Positions 38,369 to 49,500 of a stretch of 64,000 bases of DNA are shown here, piece after piece. A program made the position numbers and the translations under genes. The stretch covers positions 19,778,001-19,842,000 of the forward strand of contig NC_043015.1 of the NCBI RefSeq assembly GCF_006345805.1, written 5' to 3'. The notes under the pieces are model-generated. The model made no database searches and was not told where the DNA came from. It was given only the letters and a program-made list of their open reading frames with translations. The DNA comes from Octopus sinensis (lineage: Eukaryota). Position 1 is the first letter of the stretch; every line of letters begins with the position of its first letter.

Positions 38369-39452
38369 TGCTGAAGTTGACTTTGCTTTTCACCCTTTCT
38401 GGAGTGTGTTGATGAAATAAGTACCAGTTGAGGACTGGAGTTGGAGGTGAATTAATCAACTAGCCCCTCCCCACAAAAGTTCAGGCCTTGTATCTATAGT
38501 AGAAAAGATCATTATTATTATTATTGTTGTTTTAGTTTTTATGCTTAACTAGCTTAAAACCCACACTCCTTGTGGACTTTTCAGCTGGCTCCTACGGAGG
38601 GTTAATTGGGGCTGTGACCCAAAACTATAGAAGGAAATAATAATAAAGCACTTATTGGTATCCTACCATCTCAGATTTATATCACAGAGAATCACATTTG
38701 GGGAATTTTGTATTACTGTGACATTTGGAGAGCAGCAGGATGAACAATATTTTTGGTCTTACCATTTGTTGTGAAGATGAAGAGATTGTTGCCAATTCCA
38801 AGTCTGGAACAACCAACATAGACCTGACCGACCATGGAAAAAGCATTGCTGCATGAGATGAAGTCCAACCGTTTTCAGTGATTGTCCTCAACTCTTGTTA
38901 ATTGACATTGCGAAACTAACTCTGACTGGAATTTGGAGTCTCTGGAATTCAAAGGTCAAGTCTGCTGGAGTCAGTGAAATTCTTGGAATAAACACATTTC
39001 TCTCTTTCCTTGTCTAGTGAAGATTGTTGCTTCCAAAATATGTGGATGCATTTGCCTGACAATCAGTCTTATTTCATTGCACATCTCTGGAAGATCCAGA
39101 TTTCTCAGAACAGGATTAGAACTTCTTTTTTCAATGTCAGTTTGTGAGAAGGCATTCCAGAAGGATCCAAAGAGTTAAGAACTCAATAGTTATTATAGAA
39201 GATATATACATATATATATATACATATTGGTAAAAACGGTAAGATAACAAAAGAAAGAAAGAGACCTCAATATTATGTAAATAGAGGAAATTTATCTGTA
39301 AATTAATATGTTACCATTATTCAATAGTCAAGATAAAACTCTGAGTTTCAGATGCCAAAGAGATGGTGTTGTGGATTTCCACTTCGGCATCTGAAACTCA
39401 GAGTTTTATTTTGACTATTGAATAATGGTAACATATTAATTTACAGATATAT

Positions 39453-39499
<47 letters not shown>

Positions 39500-42400
39500 T
39501 CAAAATGTGACTACATGTGGATTGTTGGCAATTTTTTTCTTTTTTTTTTCCTCTGTCCACCTTTTCTCTTGGACTTTCTTCTGTCTCCTATTTTTGAGGT
39601 AGAGCTTTGCTTGAAAAGTAAAACTAACTTTCTTTTCTTGAGCATTTGTTAATATTTTGCATGTACCATGTCCTCACGTTGTTATTTTTTTACTTGTGTT
39701 TTTTCTTCATTTTGGGGGGATTAATCATATATATAGTGGTGTTAGGAAGGGCATCCAGCCGTAGAGACATTGCCAGATCAGACTGGGCCTAGTGCAGCCT
39801 TCTGGCTTCCCAGACCCCAGTTGAACCGTCCAACCCATGCTAGCATGGAAAGCGGACGCTAAACGATGATGATGATGATGGTGATAGTGGCTTTGTGTCT
39901 ACATTTGTACCCCCACCACCGCTTGATAACTGGCGGTGGTGTGTTTATGTTCATGTAACTAAGCAGTTCGGTAAAAGAGGCCAATAAAAAAAGTACCAGG
40001 CATAAAAAAGAAAGAACTGATGTCGATCTGGTCGATTAAAATTCAAGTCGGCACCCCAGCATGGCCACAGTCTCATGACTGCAAAAAATAAAAGAACCAC
40101 TAAATTCTTTAATAAAACTTTAAGCTAAGGGAAGTAACTCTTGTACATCTATCTCAGTATACTATGGCATTGAAACTTATCATGGTCACTTTACCTGCTA
40201 GAAATAGCAGCCAAAATGCTTTTAAATCAGATGTTCAAGAACCAAATGAAGGGCAGATCTTAAATCCCAATGTCATTCTGATTCCAAAGGGGTTATAATA
40301 TGTAGAGCAAATGTAGACAGAGAAACAGGGGTCCCAGAATTTTGCTTTTATTAATATAGATGTGCTTTCTTTACAGGAAGTCCCTTCCGCCCGTATATTG
40401 TTGATCCTAGTAAAGTCTATGTAACTGGAGGTTGGCAGCATTTCATGGATCCCAATGACCGTATCCGTCTCGTTGTTAATGAGGAAAAGAGAATTCCTTT
40501 TGATGTTTCTGAAGCAGGGCCAGGTATTTCCATTAAACCATTTTCACATAACCACCACCTTCACTGCCGCCATCACCACCACCACCACCACCCTACTTCA
40601 TTGCACATTCTATACAAGCATTGTAGTTGTATGCATGCATATGTATGTGTCTTATATAAGTATGCATATTTGTGTGTGTGTATGTATGTATATATAGTGT
40701 GTGTGTGTGTATGTGTTTGTACGTTTATATGTGTGAGTATATATATATATGTGTGTGCATGTATCTGTGTGTAGTGAATGTGTATGTATAGATACATCTT
40801 TGTTTATATGTATGTGTGTGTGTGTGTGTATAGTCAGCTGCTCTGGCAATGATCACACTCGGATGGTGCTTTTAGCACTCCACTAGGATGGATACCAGTC
40901 ATTGAATTTGATTGCAATTTCACTTGCCTCAACAGGTCTTCGCTAGCAGAGTTTAGTGTCCAATGAAGGAAGGGTATGCATAAGTGGGCTGGTTACACCC
41001 CCGGCATAGGCCACGAGGTTATGGTCTCGCTTGGCTTGCCAGGTCTTCTCAAGCACAGCATATTTCCAAAGGTCTTGGACACTAGCCATTGCCTCAGTGA
41101 GGCCTAATGTTCAAAGGTCGTGCTTCACCATCTCTTCCACAGGTTTCCTCAACCTCTAGAGTGTGGCACTTTTTCACATGGCTATCCTCATCCATTCTTG
41201 CCACATGACCATACCAGCGCAGTTGTCTCTCTTGCACACTACATTTGATGCTTCTTTGGTCCAACTTTTCTTGTAAGGTGCTTGCACTCTGTCGAGTATG
41301 CACACTAACATTACACATCCATCGGAGCATACTGGCTTCATTTCTTGCAAGCTTACGCACGTCCTCAGCAGTCATGGCCCATACTTTACTGCCATGTAGC
41401 ATGGGTGTTTGTACACATGCGTCATACAGTCTACCTTTTACTCTGAGCGAGAGGCCCTTAGTCACCAGCAGAGGTAACAGCTCTCTGAACTTTGCCCAGG
41501 CTATTCTTATTCTAACAGCTACACTTTCAGTGCACCCTCCCCCACTACTGACTTGGTCACCTAGGTAATGGAAGCTATCAACTACTTCTAGTTTTTCTCC
41601 CTGGTATGTAGCAGAAGTTGTTCTCTGCACATTTCCAGTGTTTATTGCTCCTGAGCATCTGCCACATATAAAAACTATCTTTCCAGCTATCTAACTAAAG
41701 GGATTTGTGGTTTGTCTGCCTTCCTACTTATTAAGACTTTGGTTTTAGCTAGGTTGACTCTAAGGCCCTTCGATTCTAATCCTTGTTTCCACACCTGAAA
41801 CTTCTCTAGTTCTGATAGTGATTCAGCAATTAGAGCAAGGTTGTCAGCATAGAGAAGCTCCCAGGGGCATTATGTCTTGAATTCCTCTGTTATTGCCTGG
41901 AGGACTATGATAAATAGGAGGGGATGAGGACTGAACCTTGGTGGACCTACCCTACCTCTAATCGGAATTCATCACTGTACTCGTTGCCAACCCTCGCCTT
42001 GCTGACAGCGTCCCTGTACATGGCTTGCACAGCTCTCACTAACTATTCATCTGTCCCTAGTTTCCTCATTGACCACCAGATAAGGGATTGGGGACCCTGT
42101 CAAAGGCTTTCTCCACGTCAACAAAAGCCAGGTACAGAGGCTTATCTTTGGCCAAATATTTCTCCTGCAGATGTCTTACCAGAAATATAGCAGCAGTGGT
42201 GCTTTTCCCTAGTACGAACCCAAACTGCATCTCATCTAAACTGACTCTCTCCCTAGTGAGTTGGGTTATGACCCTCTCTGTGACCTTCATTACCTGATCC
42301 AACAACTTGATACCTCTGTAATTATTTGTATCTAAAGCGTCACCTTTACATTTGTAGCAGTTGACTATTATGCTGCTACACCAGTCATTGGGTATGACTC

Positions 42401-43527
42401 CTTCGTGTATCATCTGGTTAACTATACAGGTGACTTGGCTATAGCCAACACCACCAGATATTTTGAGCATCTCTGCAGTAATTCCTGATGGGCTGGGGGC
42501 TTTCCTTGTCTTCATACTCTTAATTGTTTTATCTACCAAGGTACTGTCAATTCAGATAGCTGGTCCCTCTGTTGGGTTGACATTTGGCAGACTCTCTTTC
42601 TCCCATTCATTCTCTAGATGCTGCATCATTAGAAATTTGCTTCTTAAGCACACAGTTCTAGGTTCAGTCCGTGTTTGGCAGATTGAAATGAAATACACCC
42701 TTGTATGCATATGTGTGTGTGTGTGTGTCTGTACGTAAATGTTGAATGATGAAATGAGTGCTCAACAACGCATTGGTGGATAGAATCTCTTTATTTGTGA
42801 ATTAAGGCTACCATTGGTTTCATGCTAAATAAATAGAAAAATAACTTAATTTTTTCAAGCAAATCAAATGGAGGTATATATATATGCACACACACACACA
42901 CACAACACACACACACACACTGCTTTTCTTTCTCCTTCACTTTATTTTTTGTTTAACTACCATAAGACTTCACTGAGTAGCTACACCCTACCTCCACTTA
43001 AACATATCCACTACATTTGAATCTCCGTTTCCCACCTTCCTTACAGTACAACATTTTATATTTATTTCTTAGGTGGTGACCACTTAAACTAAATGGTCAA
43101 CACTATAAATAGAGCCACTCCAACAGGTTTGACTCTCTTTCAAATTTACTGTATGTATATTTTAGGTAACCTGACGGCAGAGGTAAGGGACCCACGCAAC
43201 ACTAAGCTGCCTGTTCAAATAGACACAAGCGGTGACGGTATAAACACCCTGGTCTTTACCCCAAAGGTTGAAGGTAAGACTTACAAATTCTTATATATTT
43301 ATTTCCTGGTTTCTTTAGAAAGTGTGACTGACCAAGTTGATAGAAGTACTGAAGAATAGGGGTACTTGTCGATGGAAGTATTAATGGAGGTATTGGTCAT
43401 TCAGCATTGGTAGTTTGTATTGTGTGGCCAAGTTAATAATGGAGTGTTGGATAATCAGCCAAGGCATTATTGATTTATATAATTTGGCCAAATAGAGAGT
43501 AGATGCTTGCGACTGCAATCGTATAAC

Positions 43528-43569
<42 letters not shown>

Positions 43570-46500
43570 AGTTACTTAGTGTCTATGCTGGTGTCACGTA
43601 AAAAGCATCGAGTCCACTATGTAAAGTGGTTGGCGTGTGGAAGGTCATCCAGCTGTAAAACCTTGCCAAAACTGACCTCACCTGTGCTGGTGCCACATAA
43701 AAAGCACTGAATCCAATCTGCTGGGTGGTTGGTGTTAGGAAGGGCATCCAGCTGTAACGACTGTGCCAAAACAGACACAGAAGTTTGGTGCAGTCTTCTC
43801 CCTGGCCAGCTCCTGTCAAACCGTCCAACCCATAACTGCATGGAAGGCAGATGTTAAACGATGATGATGACGATGATACAATATGAGAGGAAGAAAATGG
43901 AATTCATGAGACTATACAGAAACACTACAATTGTTTCAATCCACTGCTACCTTGCGAGTAAGATACTGAACAAACAGTTGTGATGCATCACAGGTGCAAA
44001 TGCATCACCTCAAGTGCTGTTTCAGAAAGTATCTTGTTTCTTACTTGCCATTTCACTTATTTTTATAGCAATACATTTTGGTTATTGTAGCCTACTATGC
44101 ATTCCCATAAGGAACAGAGATATAAGATAACAATATTATTAGATAAGATATAATATAACAATTGTAGTGGTTCTGAATAAAGAGTCTTGTGGATTTCATT
44201 TTCTTTCTCTAATATTTTTATATAAACTCTACAGACGCAAAGGAATTCCAGAATTAAATCCGATGGCATATAGCCAAATACTGTGAACAGGCTTTAAACA
44301 GCATACAACAAGGCATATACCTGAATAGAAAATTATTACATATATATATATATATTGTGTGTACAGTTAAATGGTGATCCATTGTAGCTAGGTACCCAAA
44401 TGCTCTTAGATCATCCAATGCTGGGTTCCAAATAACTGCAATGGTGAAGCATTCATAGGAACTAAGTATTTCTACTGGTGTTTATCTTAATTTTTTTGTG
44501 TGTGTATATATATATATATATATCATCATCATTTATTGTCTGTTTTCCATGCCAGCATGGGTTGGACTATTTGGCAGGAGCTGGTAAGCCAGAGAGCTGC
44601 CCCAGGTTCCAATTGTCTGCTTTGGTATGGTTTCTATGACTGGATGCCCTTCCTAAAGCCGACCACTTGACAGAGTGTACTGGATGCTTTTTACATGGCA
44701 CCAGCACATCAATGATTTCATAAGTATAGAGTTTACAGCATATCAATGAGTTTGATTGCTATTAGGAAGCCAGGAATAACAAAGGTCTGGCTGTAGGCAT
44801 TCCCTAAACACAGCTGGACCATTATGTCCACCTTTCTCAAGTGTAAGACAGAAAGCTGGAAGTTTAGGATTTCCACTTGTTACAACCATTCTATGAATTC
44901 TATTTTAGATTATTATTTACTGAAAGAGGCACACTAGTTTCCTGGAATTCTGAACTTGATATTATTTCATAAATAAAATAAACTTAAATTGAAATATTTT
45001 GACATCTATTTTAATATGTTTATACAGAGTGTGATAAGAAATCTCTCAGATCCACCCTTCTTATGGTTCAGTGGTTAGAGCATCAGGCTCACAATCGTGA
45101 GGTTGCGAGTTTGATTCCTGGTACAGGCTGTGTGTCATGTTCTTAAAGAAGGTATTATATTTCACGTTGCACTAGTTCACTCAGCTGTAAAAATGAGTTA
45201 CGATGTCACTGGTGCCAAACTGTATCAACCTTTGCCTTTCCCTTGGACAACATCATTGGTGTGGGTGTGGAGACTGGTATGCATGGGTGACTGCTGGTTT
45301 TCCACAACATAAACTTGCCTAGGCTTGTGCCTCAGAGAGGAACTTCCTTGGTGCAATCCCACGGGCATTCATGACCGAAGGGGGTCTTTATTCTTAATAA
45401 GCATTTCAGTAGCAAATGTACAAGATGAACTGGCACCAACTAAGGTGCCAGTTCATTAGGTTAACTAAGCACAAAAGAAAAATGGTAAAACATTAGCTAC
45501 ATAAGGACAGCGTTACCATCTGCCCGGTTTCATAGCATCAAACCAATGAGTGTCTAAAATTTAGGGTTTTTTTTAGCCATACTCTGTACGTAAATTTTAA
45601 TCTTCCATCCTAATTTTTATTTCTTAAATTATATCCCAAATACCAGTTTCATAATGGGGAGGCTTGTTATTTTATTAATTCACTTCAGATTCATGATTAT
45701 TTAAACAATAAAAGCACATTCAATTGTGTATTTTAATTAAAACACATTGGATAGTGTGGATTTAGCCCATTAGTGGCTGCTATTTCTAATTAAATACATC
45801 TCCCATCTTTGTAAGAAACATAGCCGCAATGCATTGAAAGGAAAAGAAAAAAGAAGAGAATAAAAGAATAACAGGTTTAGCTTCTGAAGTTTCATGTTCA
45901 GTTTTTATTCAACACTTGTTGAATTTGGTATGAATTTAAATGTATTTATAATAGGGGTTTTTGTATGAAATAGGTTTTTAAGATACTAATTATAGATGTA
46001 TTTCTGGTTTAGATATTCGTAACAGTTTTGGGACTGGGGTCATGTAAAAAGCACTGGTGTTAGTGCCAAGTAAAAAGCACCCAGTTCATTCGGCAAAGTG
46101 GTTGGTGTTAGGAAGACCATCCAGCTGTAGAAACCCTGCCAAAACAGACAACAGAACTTCGTGAAGTTCCTGTCAAAACCATCCAACCCATGCCTGCATA
46201 GAAAAAAGGTGTTAAATGATGATGACTTATAAGTTAAATCATGGAATTCTGTGTGAATCACAGTCATCGACAGAGAAACATTGAAAGAGAGTGGAAGCCT
46301 ATGTGTAACCTGACATGAAGTGGAATGAAGAATTTTTATAAATTAATATAATTCACATATTTTTGTTGTTTACCATAATGAACTGTATTTGTTTTTTGTC
46401 TTTTTTTTTTCCAATCAATAGGTGATCATAATATCAACATTTATTGGTCTGACCTTCCATTGGTTGGTTCACCATTCCTTGGTTATGCTGTACCGAAACA

Positions 46501-49500
46501 GGTTACCCAAGTACCTGATGCATCGAAGATTGTGCTTGCTGGTAAAGGCCTCAAAGAAGCAGTAGTCCGGGAAGAAGCAGAATTTCGTATTGATGGCTCA
46601 AAAGCAGGCCCAGGTACCAACATCATTATTAGTAACTTGTACATCACCACAAACATTTTCTGAATGCACACATATATACACATACACACATATACATGCA
46701 TACATATATTCACATGTAATACTTCATTTTTCCTAATTTTTTTTAGGTAAACCCGTGGTTAACCTTACAGGAGTACGCACAGACATTGATGTTGACGTTA
46801 TACCTCAGGGAAACAATTGCTACCGTTGCAAATACATGCCCATAATTCCTGGTGCTTACCTTTTGAATATCACTTGGAATGACAGGCAGCTGAAGGGTTC
46901 TCCCTATAAGATCACTATCATAGCAGCACCACAACCTCAGAAAGTAATGATCACAGGAGAAGGTCTTAAAGGAGGAATGATGGGTAAAGACCTACAGATG
47001 AACATCGACACACGGAAAGCTGGACTGGGTACGTAATTGAGAAAGTTTGTGTGTACACAGACACATTCAGTTATTAATGTTTGACTTGTTTGTATATGTC
47101 TTATCTACAGGTAATAGGAAGACAATTGTCATGCTGATGATGCTTGTTGAGGCAGAAACACATGTCCACCGCTGTCCTCTTATCTCCAGCCAATAAACCT
47201 GTCCTCTTCCTTAAATGACATATCCATTTCAGAAAACTCTTGATTCTTGAGATTATCTCCCCTTTTCAAGTGGAGCTGGTCTCAACTGTCATCTTGTAAT
47301 TAGGTTACATCGTCTAGAGGCAGAGGTTTTGTTAATAAACCACACATATACATATAATATAGGCTTGGTAGAGCAAACAGGATAAACAGAACTCAAATAA
47401 ATAAATATATTCTATTATTTTTATTATTAATATTTAGCAGAAATAACAGTGACTCAAGGTTCAAGAGTTTTATGCAGTGCCAACACATGAGACTCTCAGA
47501 CCATGAGTCACTCTGTTAAATATTAATAAAAATATACATATTCTTTTATTCTTTTACATGTTTCAGTCATTTGACAGCGGCCATGCTAGAGCACCGCCCT
47601 TAGTCAAACAAATCGACCCCTAGTACTTTTTCTATCGGTCTCTTTTGCCGAACTGTTAAGTTACTGGGATGTAAACACACCAGCATCGGTTGTCAAGCGA
47701 TGTTGGACACACACACATATACGACAGGCTTCTTTCAGTTTCCACCTATCAAATCCACTCAGAAGGTTTTGGTCGGCCCAAGGCCATAGAAGACAGTTGC
47801 CCAAGGTGCCATGCAGTGGGACTGAACCCAGAACCATGTGTTTGGTAAGCAAGCTACTTACTACACAGCCACTCCTGTGCCTATACTCTTATTTTGAGAC
47901 CTATTTTTCCTGTTTGCATCAACATACCTGTATAATCTATTATTATTAATTGACAGAAACTATAAAATGATTCAAGGCCAAAAATAACTAACCCTTACAC
48001 ACACACACACACACTAATCCTGAATAAGGATCAATAACCTATTTTTCTACCAGCCTATGTATATATTATGTATAAAAACATGCCCCCCCCCCTATCTCTC
48101 TACAACCACTATCCCAATTCCACCACTGGCAATGCTGATCTAAGTAAAACATAACCAAATTGTTGCACAAAAGCCAACAACTGCTCAATGACCCACAAAT
48201 ACATGAAATTAGAAAATTTTTATGAATAAAATTTCAAAGGCCTCAAGATAAAAACTTCCCATAGCCCAACAATTGTGGGCTGTGGCTCATCTGTTGCCAA
48301 CCATTGGCCTACACATTGCTTTTAAAGTTTTACTATGTAAAATAAATAAAATTCACTTTACAGTACACACGTATGATGAAATGATGACCATATTAATATT
48401 TCATATCCAGGCGAACTGACAGCACACTGCGTTGGGCCAAACGTCGTAGCATATTGTGAGCTTGCTGACAACCATGATGGAATCTACAAGCTAACAGTAC
48501 GACCACAGGAAGCAGGTAGACATGTTTTACAGATCAAGTATGGAGGTGATCATATATTAGGTAAGCAAATGTTCTATGCATTCTTGTATCATCATCATCA
48601 TCATCATCATCACAACAGTAACAAAGAGGTATGTTTAGAGCCCAGTCAATGTTTCTCGTCTCCTTTTCAAACTGGTGTTTATAACTTTATATATGGCTGT
48701 GTGCTCTCTCTCTCTCAAGTGTAACTGCCCAAAATGGTCATGACATCTGGTACTTGACTGAAGAAGGAAGGCCACGATTGACCCGTCTTTTTTAGCTTGT
48801 CCTAATTGTTGTTTCACATATATATATATACATATATACGATGGGCTTCTTTCAGTTTCTGTCTACCAAATCCATTCACAAGGGTTTGGTTGGCCTGAGG
48901 CTATAGTAAAAGACACTTGCGCATGGTGCCACACAGTGAGACTGAACCCAGAACCATGTGGTTGGTAAGCAAGCTACTTACCACACAGCCACTCCTATGC
49001 CTATATATATATATATAAAATGAACTGTTCCATGATAGAAATATCAACAACAACAACAACAAAAATCCATCTGGTGAGAGATAAACATCATTCAAAGGAC
49101 ACAATACATGTCTTTAAGTGCTATTAATAGTTTCATATGTTGAGAAATACCTGAAACATATTCATCAGGCACAAACCACATGTCATAACGAACTATGTTG
49201 TTTGTGCTTGATGAATATTTTTGAGGCATTTCTCAACATATGAAACTATTAATAGCACTTAAAGATATGTATTGTGTCCTTTAAATAACATATATATGTT
49301 TTATCTTTCTTTTGCTGGTTTCAGTCAGAGACTGGGATCATGCTGGAGCACTGCATTTCAAAATACTTGGGTTCTTTTTTTATGCTGTTTTGTCAAGTAG
49401 TGAGTTGGGTGGAGCTCCTCTTCTTTGTGCCTCCTCCTGTGATGTGGGTTCATCTGGTATCTCAGATGAAAATTTGTTCAGATGCTCTTTGAAGACCTCC

